Assembly (NCBI GenBank): GCA_963749155.1
Contig: CAVVLO010000005.1
Span: forward strand, 96,001-160,000
Source: an uncultured Armatimonadia bacterium
Lineage (GTDB): Bacteria > Armatimonadota > Zipacnadia > CAVVLO01
Length of the DNA stretch: 64,000 bases
Direction of reading: 5' to 3'
Under the pieces are notes generated by a model, which worked only from the letters and a program-made list of their open reading frames with translations, did no database searches and was not told the origin of the DNA. Shown piece after piece: positions 1-9,637 of the stretch (position 1 is the stretch's first letter; each line of letters begins with the position of its first letter). The position numbers and the translations under genes were made by a program.

Positions 1-1141
1 GTGCCGAGATCATAATATCGCAGCAACTGGGCATATCTTGCTGGAAGAGGGCATCATCCACCACGTCGCTTTCTACGGTGATGGGTTGTCCTGCCTGCTT
101 GATTTCGATATCCCTGGCTGCGACCAGCTCTGCTCGGACCCCAGAGCCTTTCTGGGCAATGGCCAGATCCCTCCCGAGAAGCTGGCCACCTCGGCAGCCC
201 ATCTGCAAGGGCTTACTCAGACAATGACCGAGACCAGCGATTACCAGCAGCGCCTCGCAAAGCAATCGGTAACCGAGTTGGACATTCGCGCCACTCTGGG
301 TTGGCAGTTCGCAATGGGGATAAACACCATCACTTCCTATTACCCCTGGGCCACCTGGGAGCCTGACTTTGCCGGGCGGCTTAATGCCTACACGGAGCGC
401 TGCTGCCAGTGGTTGCGTCACGCCCAGCCCCTGACAAAGGTCGCTTTGTTCTATCCCATCCGCTCGGTCTGGACCCATTTTGTGCCTCAGACCAGAGGGA
501 TGTATGACCTTTCGACCCAGTCGCCCGAGACGCTGGCACTGCAGACCAGCTTCGGCGCGCTGACCCATGACCTCATCAAACAGGGGGTTGAGTTCGATTA
601 CATCACCGAGGAAGCCCTTCAGGAGGCAAGCCTTGAGGGTAAAGCTTTGACGGTGGGCAATTGCGCCTATCAGGCCATCGTGCTGCCAGAAGTGACTTAT
701 ATTGAAGAACGCACTCTCGCCCGCTTGCAACGCTTCCAGGAACTTGGGGGGCTGGTCTTGCGCGCTGGAAGTCTTGCGGCCTTCACCGGTAAGGGTGATG
801 AGCCAGCTTCTTTCATAAACTCCCTGCCTCTGACCTCCGCCGACAAGCTTGGGGAGGCTTTGCGCGCTGCGGATTTGGTCCCGGTACTCCCTTCCACGCC
901 TACCGAGACCCTCGTCTATTGCCTTCGGAAGAAAGAGGGCAAGCGCGTCTATTTCCTGCAGAACCATTCCGAGACGCCTTATCTCGATAATCTGCGCCTG
1001 GCCGGCGAGGGCGAAGTCCTGGTTATCGATCCAGTCACAGGAGAAGAGAGCAAACGTCGCGCCTTTGTGCCGGAGCCAGGCTGGATTGAACTGGGCCTCG
1101 AACTTCCGCCCTGGCATAACGTGCTGGTAGTGGTGGGTTAA
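1..1141 (+). CDS. GH106/alpha-L-rhamnosidase-like glycoside hydrolase, 5'-partial (C-terminal part with class I GATase-like domain)
   Basis: The frame is open from position 2 (CRDHNIAATGHILLEE...). Motifs GHxLxEE, DIPGCDQL, GIN, VALFYP, FDYI and AIVLP parallel the paralog at 16206-19272. Confidence 0.55.
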   Translation, partial: CRDHNIAATGHILLEEGIIHHVAFYGDGLSCLLDFDIPGCDQLCSDPRAFLGNGQIPPEKLATSAAHLQGLTQTMTETSDYQQRLAKQSVTELDIRATLGWQFAMGINTITSYYPWATWEPDFAGRLNAYTERCCQWLRHAQPLTKVALFYPIRSVWTHFVPQTRGMYDLSTQSPETLALQTSFGALTHDLIKQGVEFDYITEEALQEASLEGKALTVGNCAYQAIVLPEVTYIEERTLARLQRFQELGGLVLRAGSLAAFTGKGDEPASFINSLPLTSADKLGEALRAADLVPVLPSTPTETLVYCLRKKEGKRVYFLQNHSETPYLDNLRLAGEGEVLVIDPVTGEESKRRAFVPEPGWIELGLELPPWHNVLVVVG

Positions 1142-1146
1142 CACTT

Positions 1147-1464
1147 ATGGGAGCGATTTCCCTGGTTTTCTCGCTGGTCCTTGGTGCCCAAGTCCTTCTG
1201 GTTACCTTTTACGTCTACTCGGCCCATCTGCGCGGGGGCGTTTCGAAGGCAGAGGCTGGACGAGAAGCCGCCTTTTTCGTATGCTGGATAGCGCTGGGCG
1301 GTAGCGTCCTGCTGGGGCTTGGTCATTACTGCCAGTATGACATCAGAACCCTCGAGTCTTCGCAGTATCCGCTGTTTGGGCTCGGGCTTCTGGTGGCGAT
1401 ATTGGGTATCTTGCAGGCTTTTAGACTTGTAAACAAGGCTTCTCATCGCGGAGGCTTGAAGTAG
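1147..1464 (+). CDS. small hypothetical membrane protein (about 3 TM segments)
   Basis: 105-aa ORF with three hydrophobic stretches, packed tightly between its neighbours on the same strand. Confidence 0.6.
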   Translation: MGAISLVFSLVLGAQVLLVTFYVYSAHLRGGVSKAEAGREAAFFVCWIALGGSVLLGLGHYCQYDIRTLESSQYPLFGLGLLVAILGILQAFRLVNKASHRGGLK

Positions 1465-1485
1465 CGCTTTTAAGGAGGAAAAACA

Positions 1486-2683
1486 ATGGCAGCAAAAATC
1501 GTGCTTGCGTACTCGGGAGGACTGGATACCTCGGTCCTCATAAAATGGATGGGCGAACGTTACGAGGCCGACCTCGTGGCTTGCGCAATTGATGTGGGCG
1601 AGGAAAGGGCCTATGAGGAGATCCGCCAGAAGGCTTTGAATATCGGCGCCGTCGCCTCTTATGTCGTAGATGCCAAAGAAGAGTTTGTAGAACGCTTTAT
1701 CTGGCCGGCTCTAAAGGCCAATGCGATGTATGAGGGGCGTTATCCTCTCTTCACGGCGCTGGCTCGTTATATCATCTCGGAGAAAGTTGTCGAGGTCGCC
1801 AAGCGCGAAGGCGCAACCGCGGTAGCTCACGGCTCGACGGGGAAGGGCAATGACCAGGTGCGCTTCGAGGTCTCCTTTATGTCACTGGCGCCCGAGCTCG
1901 AGCGCTACGCGCCTATCCGCGAATGGGGTATGACCAGAGACCAGGAAATCGAATATGCCCAGGAGCATGGCATCCCCGTGCCGGTAACCAAGAAGAGCCC
2001 CTACAGCATCGACACCAACCTTTGGGGCCGGAGCTGCGAGGCTGGCGTACTGGAAGATCCCTGGAACGAGCCGCCCGAAGACGCCTACTTGTGGACCAAG
2101 TCGCCCGCCGAGGCGCCTGATGAGCCCCGCTACGTCGAGATTGAGTTCGAGAAGGGCTTGCCCGTAGCCGTAGATGGCCAGCGTATGGCAGGGGTGGACC
2201 TTATCGCCCACCTTAATGCGGTAGCTGGCGAGCATGGGGTCGGCCGAATTGATATGATGGAGAACCGCCTGGTGGGCATCAAGTCGCGCGAAATTTACGA
2301 AGCGCCTGCTGCGACGGTACTCATCGCCGCTCACAAGGACCTTGAGAGCCTGCACTCTTGACCGGGAGACCTCCCAGTACAAGGCGCTGCTCGAGCAGCG
2401 TTTCTCGCAGCTCGTTTACACGGGTCTTTGGTATACGCCGCTTCGCGAGGCGCTGTCAGCTTTCTTCGAGGCGACCCAATGGCGCGTGAACGGCACGGTC
2501 CGAGTCAAGCTGCACAAGGGCAGCGCTGTCGTGGTTGGCCGTAAATCGCCGACCTCGCTTTACAAGTTCGAGCTCTCCACCTACGACCGGGGCGACGTGT
2601 TCGACCAGTCGCTCTCGCGAGGGTTCATCGAGCTGTGGGGCCTGCCAGCGAAGATCGCTTACCAGGTAAAGCCTGAAGACTAA
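1486..2683 (+). CDS. argG: argininosuccinate synthase (+1 frameshift near 2353, probably a sequencing error)
   Basis: LAYSGGLDTS, HGSTGKGNDQVRFE, YSIDTNLWGRS and ENRLVGIKSREIYEAP. The C-terminus continues in ORF 2342-2683; removing one base restores ESLTLDRE. RBS AAGGAGG. Confidence 0.95.
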
Positions 2684-2685
2684 AC

Positions 2686-2723
2686 AGAAAGGCCCCTCGT
2701 CTGAGTATGAGGGGCTTCTCTTT
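2686..2723 (+). terminator. probable intrinsic terminator after argG
   Basis: Stem GCCCCTC...GAGGGGC followed by TTCTCTTT. Confidence 0.65.
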
Positions 2724-2766
2724 GGCCCGATTAGGGCAACAAAGCTGAGAGTGGGAGGCTTCAACA

Positions 2767-3435
2767 ATGGGTTGTGACTGCAGCGAGACCAAAATCAAGA
2801 CGGCGGTTATCACGGGGATGCACCCCTACGACGTGCCCAACTTCTACGGCATATTCAAAGCGATGCCGGATGTCGACTTCTACCCCCAGAACCTCTGGGA
2901 CTTCGCGACCTGCCCACCGGAGATTCGCGGCTGGTATGATGTGGTGGTCTTCTACAATATGCATATGGAGACGCCCAACCCAGAAGCCGGCCCCTGGGAC
3001 GCCCTTATGAAGGCCGCTCTCGACCAGATTGGCGAGTCCTCTCAGGGGGTGCTTCTGCTGCACCATTCCATCCTGGCCTGGCCCGAGCTTCAGCTCTGGA
3101 ACGACCTGACTGGCGTTCAGCAACGAGGTTTTGGTTATCACATCGGCGAGACTGTCACCTATGACATCGCCGCGCCCGAACATCCGATTACAAAAGGGCT
3201 TTCAAGCTGGACGATGATGGATGAGACCTACACGATGGCTGAGCCGCCGGCAAGCTGCGAAGTGCTCATCACTGCCGACCACGAGAAGAGTATGAAATCC
3301 ATCGCCTGGACCAACCAGTACAAGCAGGTTAAGGTCTTCTGCTACCAGTCGGGACATGATAACGCCACCTATCCTGATGCCAACTTCCGCACGGTTATGA
3401 ATCGCGGTATCGAGTGGCTGGCCGGGCGTATCTAG
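2767..3435 (+). CDS. ThuA-like (trehalose utilization / class I GATase-like) domain protein
   Basis: YDVVVFY, GVLLLHH, HPITKGL, DETY, AWT and FCYQSGHD...GIEW motifs. Confidence 0.8.
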   Translation: MGCDCSETKIKTAVITGMHPYDVPNFYGIFKAMPDVDFYPQNLWDFATCPPEIRGWYDVVVFYNMHMETPNPEAGPWDALMKAALDQIGESSQGVLLLHHSILAWPELQLWNDLTGVQQRGFGYHIGETVTYDIAAPEHPITKGLSSWTMMDETYTMAEPPASCEVLITADHEKSMKSIAWTNQYKQVKVFCYQSGHDNATYPDANFRTVMNRGIEWLAGRI

Positions 3436-3451
3436 CAAAGGGGGAAGCTCA

Positions 3452-4399
3452 GTGAGAGCGCTTGTTACTCGGCTACTTGATGATGGGCGCAGGGAGAAGG
3501 TGCTGGTCCATGACTGGCCCGACCCCGGCGCGCCCCAGGGCAACCAGTTGCGCATCCAGGCTCTATACACAGGTGTTACCAATGGCACGGAACGCAATGA
3601 CCTGCTTGGTGGCAATTACGCCACGCCAGATGGCCAGCTGCCCCATGGCTGGGGTTACCAGCACGTGGGCCGGGTTGTCGAGACCGGCCCCGACTGCCAG
3701 CTCTGCCAGGTCGGCGATATTGTCTACACCTCCGCCGGCCACGAGGAGTTCGTCCTCTGGCCCGAGCATATCCTCTGCTTAAAGGTGCCGGAAAACGTCG
3801 ACCAGCGCGAGGCTGCCCTGTTCGGGATGGCCAGCGTTGCAATGCGTTCCTGCCGCAACGCCGACCTCAGGATGGGGGAGAGGTTCCTCATCGTGGGCGC
3901 AGGCTTCATCGGCCAGGTCGCTGCCCAGATAGCAAGCGTAATGGGCGCCCGCGTGACCTTGTGCGATGTGAACGAGGAGCGCCTGGCCACTGCCAGGGCA
4001 ATTGGCGCCGCTGAGGAAGTAATCAATACCGCCGGAGAAGGCTGGCAGCAATCCATCGCCGACTTCAGCTTTGATGCCATACTGGATGTTGCCGGTGTGC
4101 CTGGGATGGAAGACGACCTTATCCGCGCCGCGAAACCTCGCGGGCGTGTCCTGTTCATCGCTGGCCGGCGCGAAGTCAGATATGACTTCAACACTGGCCA
4201 GGGCCACGAGATAACCCTCAAGCAGAACAGCCACTTCGACAACAGTGATCTCGAGAATCTGAGTCGCCTGGTTGCGCGCGGTCAGGTGACCTTTGCCCCG
4301 CTAATCCAGGATATCGTCCCCGTCACCGAAGCCGACCGGCTCTATACACTGCTGCGCGATGAGCCAGCGAAGCTAAAAGGCACCGTCTTCGTCTGGTAG
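3452..4399 (+). CDS. medium-chain (zinc-binding family) alcohol/sugar dehydrogenase
   Basis: GTE and GYQHVGRVVETG motifs, Rossmann GAGFIG, MDR-family length. Confidence 0.8.
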   Translation: MRALVTRLLDDGRREKVLVHDWPDPGAPQGNQLRIQALYTGVTNGTERNDLLGGNYATPDGQLPHGWGYQHVGRVVETGPDCQLCQVGDIVYTSAGHEEFVLWPEHILCLKVPENVDQREAALFGMASVAMRSCRNADLRMGERFLIVGAGFIGQVAAQIASVMGARVTLCDVNEERLATARAIGAAEEVINTAGEGWQQSIADFSFDAILDVAGVPGMEDDLIRAAKPRGRVLFIAGRREVRYDFNTGQGHEITLKQNSHFDNSDLENLSRLVARGQVTFAPLIQDIVPVTEADRLYTLLRDEPAKLKGTVFVW

Positions 4400-4415
4400 A
4401 TGTTTCTGCACATAC

Positions 4416-4453
4416 AAAAGGGAGCGCCCACGCTGGGCGCTCCCTTTCTCTTT
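4416..4453. terminator. bidirectional intrinsic terminator between convergent genes
   Basis: Perfect stem AAAGGGAGCGCCCA-cgc-TGGGCGCTCCCTTT with A- and T-rich flanks. Confidence 0.85.
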
Positions 4454-4464
4454 GCCAATCCAAA

Positions 4465-5976
4465 TCAATCTTCGGCGCGCTTTGGCCAGCCGGGAAACTC
4501 TCCCAGCATCGCCCTCGGATAACCCGGATCTTCATACCGGCTGTGCATGTCCTGCCCTGTTTCCTGCCAGTCTGTCAAGGTGAAGCAGTCGCCGTTCCAC
4601 TCACGTCCGCCCGAGAACTTGCCATCGTGCCTGTAATAAGTGTTGTAGTCGGCCAGGTTGTCGCTGCTGGCTTCAGTATCTTTGTAGACGACTAGCTCCT
4701 CGTCCTGGCTGTCCAGAATTATGTTGCGAAATCCTCGATTCCCCCTCAGTGTGTAGCCTTCTCTGGGCATCCCATGGAAGACCAGCCCCTGCCGGCAATG
4801 GTAAAACAGATTGTCCTCCACCAGGCAGTCATCCGAGCCGGATATCCACACCCCGCGCACGCAATCGGCCACCAGGTTGCCCTTGATTATGCCCCGTTTG
4901 CTTATCTCGTAGTGGATCCCAATGCCCTGATTCGCATAGACCTGGTTGCCCTCGATAGTCACGTTGTCGCAGTCTATGTCGAACCACACCCCCGGACCCC
5001 AGTTGTACCTGGCGATGTTGTTGCGGAAGACCACATCCTTGCACACAGTCGCCTTGATGCCTCCACAGTGCCAGCCCTGGTTCCACTGGTCATAGTTGCA
5101 GAACTGCATCGTCGTGCCCTCTAGGATATGGCCCTTGCCCATCGCCCCGATGCCGTTGTTGCCACACCACTCGATGAGGCAGTTCCGGATGATGCTCCGG
5201 TTGCCCACGATGCCGATACCCGCAAAATCACACTTGCGCACCACGCAATCCTCAAATACGAAACCATCTCCGCCCACGTGGAGGGCAGGCCAGGCTGCTA
5301 CAATCAGGGTGTTGGCAAGCTCGAAGGTGATCCCCTTCACTGTCCACCAACCCACAGGACCAACGCCTTCCTCCCGCGCGGGGGAGAGAAGCTCCGGCAG
5401 GACTGTCGCTTCGATGACTTTGTATTCGGGATGATACTCAGGCCCGTCCGAGTCCTTGGGCCAGATGTAAAGCCGGTCAGCTTCCTCATCCACGAAGAAG
5501 CAACCAGGCTGCAGGTCGTCCAGAGTCTCGCCTCTGGGAGAGAGCTTGCCTTTGTACCATTCAGTAAGTGGGGGGCCAATCCTCATTAAGGGCAGATGGT
5601 CGATAAACAAGGCCATACTTTTGTAGGGCCAGTTGTCATGGTAGAAGATGCCATCGCGCAGGTGCTGCCAGCCTGTGACCCGCTGTCCACCGGTGACCAC
5701 AACCCGGTGCCCTTCGGCCGCGCGAAGTGTAATAGGCGCCTCTTCCGTGCCACTTGCTCGAAGCTTAAGCTCCTCGTAATAGTTACCCTGTTTCACGATG
5801 ATCTCATCGCCAGGCCCCACTTTGGCCAGGGCTGCTCCGATTGTCAGTAGAGGAGAAGCCTCTGTGCCAGAGTTCTCATCAGAGGCGCCAGAGGCGCGCT
5901 GGGCAACGACTAAAGTCCGGGCAAAGCTAGTCGAAGCCAACAGCATGACCGCCATAGCAAGTAAAACGAGCTTCAT
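4465..5976 (-). CDS. secreted right-handed parallel beta-helix (pectin lyase-like) protein
   Basis: Signal peptide, SDENSGT..PLLTI..A motif, PGDEIIVKQGNY, repeated beta-helix turns (GGIK, GPGVWFD, GIHYEIS, GVWISGS). Confidence 0.8.
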   Translation of the reverse strand: MKLVLLAMAVMLLASTSFARTLVVAQRASGASDENSGTEASPLLTIGAALAKVGPGDEIIVKQGNYYEELKLRASGTEEAPITLRAAEGHRVVVTGGQRVTGWQHLRDGIFYHDNWPYKSMALFIDHLPLMRIGPPLTEWYKGKLSPRGETLDDLQPGCFFVDEEADRLYIWPKDSDGPEYHPEYKVIEATVLPELLSPAREEGVGPVGWWTVKGITFELANTLIVAAWPALHVGGDGFVFEDCVVRKCDFAGIGIVGNRSIIRNCLIEWCGNNGIGAMGKGHILEGTTMQFCNYDQWNQGWHCGGIKATVCKDVVFRNNIARYNWGPGVWFDIDCDNVTIEGNQVYANQGIGIHYEISKRGIIKGNLVADCVRGVWISGSDDCLVEDNLFYHCRQGLVFHGMPREGYTLRGNRGFRNIILDSQDEELVVYKDTEASSDNLADYNTYYRHDGKFSGGREWNGDCFTLTDWQETGQDMHSRYEDPGYPRAMLGEFPGWPKRAED

Positions 5977-6077
5977 CCAGATCCCTCCTGCCCAGCAGCT
6001 TCTTGCAGGAAGAGCGCCCGGGCTGGTGTATGTTTACGCCGCTAGCGCTATATATCCCCCTGCCAAGGATTAATTGC

Positions 6078-7106
6078 ATGACAGGTAGAGAACGCGAACT
6101 GGCTACTATCGGGCGTAAACCAACCGATCGTATCGCACTCGATGCCATCTGTGTCGAGAATGTCCCTCAGATTGCGGAGTTCCTGGCCCTCTCCGAGATG
6201 CAAGTGCTTGACCGCCTGGGCCTCGATGGGCGTATCATCGCTGCTGGTTATACTGGCCAGCGTGATGAAGGGGCACTTGCGCGCGGGGTAGATGAATGGG
6301 GCACTTCGGCTCTCAACGATTACGGGCGTAACTATGCTTATCCTCTGGCTGGATTTGAAACTGAGGCCCAGATTGCTGGCTACAGTTGGCCTAATCCTGC
6401 TGATTATGACTTCGAAGCCGCTGCCACCTGGGCGCGCCAGTATGGCGCGACTTATGCCTTGCGTGGCCCTTACTGGGTGCCAGTATTCAGCCGGGCTTGC
6501 AGCCTGGTGGGGATGGAAGACTTCCTCGTGCTAATGATGCAGGAACCCTTGCTTGCCGAGGCCTTGCTCGAGCGTATCTCCGAGTTTACTTACCAGTATT
6601 GCGAGCGTCTCCTGGATGCCTGCGGCGAGGCGCTACCGATACTTTGCCTGGGCGACGACTTCGCGACTCAGCGGGGACTGATGCTCAACCCAGAAATTTG
6701 GCGGAAGCTACTAAAGCCGCATTACGCTCGACTTTTCGACCTGGGCAAGCGCAAGGGTAGAGTCGTGTGGTTCCATTCTTGCGGCGATGTCACCAGCGTA
6801 TTGGGCGACCTCATTGATATCGGCGCTGATGTGTGGGAGACCGTCCAGCTTCACGCCTTGCCCTATGGTCCTGGAGAACTGAAGCGCCGGTTTGGTGCTG
6901 ATATCACTTTCTTTGGCGGCATCAACACCCAGCGGTTGCCCTTCATCACCCCTGTCGAGGTGCGAGAAGAAGTCTTTAGGACCCTTGATGTTATGGCTGA
7001 AGGGGGAGGCTACATCTGTGGCCCCGACCACCATATAAAGTATGATGTACCGCCCGAAAACGCCGTGACGCTTTTTGATGCAGCTCTCGAGTGGAGCGGC
7101 GCCTGA
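6078..7106 (+). CDS. uroporphyrinogen decarboxylase / MtaA-CmuA methyltransferase family protein
   Basis: MTGRER start, DEWG, GMEDFL, GDDFATQRGLM, FHSCG, FFGGINTQ, GGYICGPDH, VPPEN. Confidence 0.85.
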   Translation: MTGRERELATIGRKPTDRIALDAICVENVPQIAEFLALSEMQVLDRLGLDGRIIAAGYTGQRDEGALARGVDEWGTSALNDYGRNYAYPLAGFETEAQIAGYSWPNPADYDFEAAATWARQYGATYALRGPYWVPVFSRACSLVGMEDFLVLMMQEPLLAEALLERISEFTYQYCERLLDACGEALPILCLGDDFATQRGLMLNPEIWRKLLKPHYARLFDLGKRKGRVVWFHSCGDVTSVLGDLIDIGADVWETVQLHALPYGPGELKRRFGADITFFGGINTQRLPFITPVEVREEVFRTLDVMAEGGGYICGPDHHIKYDVPPENAVTLFDAALEWSGA

Positions 7107-7168
7107 AGCAGGTTTCCACTCCCTTTGGGCGAAGCTTGCCCCTAACCAATTCAGAAAAGGTGGGTACC

Positions 7169-9152
7169 ATGACAGAACTCAGATATCGCCAGATCCATCT
7201 CGATTTTCACACAAGCGAAGAAATTCCCGGCATCGGCAGCAAGTTCAACGCCGACGAGTTTGCCGACACCTTGAAGGCTGCGCATGTCAACTCGATCACC
7301 TGCTTTGCCAGGTGCCATCACGGCTGGATATATCACTACAGCGACAAGTACAAGGCTATCCAGCATCCACACCTCGAGCGCGACCTGCTGCGCGAGCAGA
7401 TCGAAGCCTGCCATGCCCGAGACATTCGGGTACCTATCTACGTGACCGTCCAGTGGGACTTGCGTACGGTGAAAGAACACCCCGAATGGCTGACAATGGA
7501 CGCAAATGGTTGCCATACCGGCACCCCGCCCTTCCAGGCAGGTTTCTACACCAAACTCTGCCTCAATACCGGCTATGTAGACTGGCTGGAGGAATATGTC
7601 GTTGATATTTGTGACACGCTGCCCACCGATGGCTTCTTCTTCGACATCGTGGACAAGGTGGACTGCAGTTGCCGCCAGTGCATCAAGGGGATGCTCGATG
7701 CCGGACTTGACCCCTCCAGCCCTGCCGACCGGATGGACTGGGCCGGGCGAGTGCTGCAGCGCTTTGAAGAGCGCCTGACCAAAGTCGTGCAGTCCAAACA
7801 TCCCGAGGCGACCATCTTCTACAACGCGGGCCATATTGGCCCCCATCACAGGTCGATTTTGCCCAACTACACCCATCTGGAGCTTGAATCGCTGCCCAGC
7901 GGGGGCTGGGGTTATATGCATTTTCCGCTCACTCAGCGGTTTGCACGCAATCTGCACCTCGACACAATGGGGATGACAGGCAAATTCCACACCAGTTGGG
8001 GCGATTTTGAATCCCTCAAGAATCCTCTGGCGCTGGAATTCGAGTGCCAGAATATGCTTGCGCTTGCCGCCAAGTGTTCTATAGGCGATCAGCTCCACCC
8101 CACAGGGCAAATTAGCAAGGCCACCTATGAGCTGGTTGGGGAAGCTTATGCCGATGTCGAGGCAGTGGAGCCCTGGTGCCAGGGCGCCCGGCCAGTTGTG
8201 GATATCGGCCTTATGACGCCAGAGGAATTCGCCGGCGGTTCGGCCTTCAGCTTGTCGGGCTCGGCGATGGGCGCGGTGCGCCTCCTGCAGGAGGGTTTCC
8301 ACCAGTTCGATGTCATCGACAGTAAATCCGACTTCAGCAAATACCGTCTGCTTGTGTTGCCCGATGGTATCGAGGTTAACGAGTCGCTGGCACTTCGGCT
8401 CCGGGCCTATCTGGCTCAAGGCGGCGCGCTGGTTGCCTCATATCGTTCAGGCCTCAATCCTGCGGGCACGGCCTTCGACTTGGCCGAACTCGGAGTCAGG
8501 CTTAAGGGAGAAGCCCCCTGGTCGCCCGATTTCATCGTGCCAGGCAGCCTTGGCGAGGGGCTCAGGCATACCCCCTATGTTATGTACCAGAAGGGGCTCG
8601 AGGTGGAAGCGGCCACCAGTTCTCATATCCTCTGCGAGATGATCAAGCCTTACTTCAACCGCGACTGGCGGCATTTCTGTTCTCACCAGCACACGCCTGC
8701 AGAGGGCCATGCCAGTTATCCAGGGGTAGTGCAGCATGGCAACTGCATCTACTTTATGCACCCGGTCTTCAACCAGTACGATTCCAACGCTCCTCTTTGG
8801 TGCAAGCGGTTAGTGCTGAACGCCATCAAGCGCCTTCTGCCTGATCCGCTGGTGGAGGCCCAGGCGCCCAGTTCGGCCCTGTTTACCTTGAACGAACAAG
8901 ACCGCCGAAAATCGTCTGGTGCTTCACGCCCTCCACTACGTGCCAGAACGCAGGGGCAGGGCCTTCGATATCCTGGAAGACCAACTACCCCTGTACAATA
9001 CCAGGCTGTCGATTAAGACCTCGCGACCAGTCCATTCGGTGAAGCTCGCGCCTCAGGGAGAGAGCCTTGAGTTCGAGCAGACCGATGGCCGGTGCGCCTT
9101 CGTGCTGCCGGTAATCGAGGGTACGCAACTCGTCAGCCTCGAGCTGGCCTGA
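7169..9152 (+). CDS. GH151-like (GHL6 / beta-galactosidase trimerisation domain) alpha-L-fucosidase-like hydrolase (+1 frameshift near 8899)
   Basis: RQIHLDFHTS, FARCHHG, DGFFFD, ELESLPSGGWGY, GMTGKFHTSWGDF, SIGDQLHP. The C-terminus LVLHALHYVPERR lies in ORF 8919-9152. Confidence 0.75.
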
Positions 9153-9163
9153 AGAGGTCCCAG

Positions 9164-9637
9164 ATGAGTGGTTATTACCGGGTAAGGCAAGCGCCAATCA
9201 TACTGCTGGATATTCTCCAGTCGGTGGTTATCTGTGGCGCTGCGGTAGTTGTGCTTACCAGCCTGCAAAGCCATCGCTATATGCTACCGGCTTTGCTTAC
9301 CCCGGTTGTGCTGCTGGAGCTTGCCTTCGTGTATGGCACCACTGTGAAGGAAGTCTACGTGGATTCGGCGGGGGCCAGGTTGATAACTCTGCTTGGCCTC
9401 CACCGCAGCTATAAGCCGGGCGAGATAACCCGGCTCTGGATGGATCGCCCTGGCCCTTTCTGGCGCGAGCTGTGGGTCTGGGGGGAGGGGCCGTTTGCCC
9501 TGATGATATATGGAGGCCCCTTCCAGCCTTTCTCTGCGCGCGACTGTGATAAGTTGGCTGAGCAAATCAAAGCTTTCAACCTGGTCTGCCAGTTTGACGA
9601 GGGGCCAAAACCCGAAGAACCTCCCCTGGCAAGCTAA
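9164..9637 (+). CDS. hypothetical membrane protein (2 TM segments plus a small soluble domain)
   Basis: ATG 11 nt after the upstream stop with a GAGG RBS; two hydrophobic helices. Confidence 0.6.
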   Translation: MSGYYRVRQAPIILLDILQSVVICGAAVVVLTSLQSHRYMLPALLTPVVLLELAFVYGTTVKEVYVDSAGARLITLLGLHRSYKPGEITRLWMDRPGPFWRELWVWGEGPFALMIYGGPFQPFSARDCDKLAEQIKAFNLVCQFDEGPKPEEPPLAS

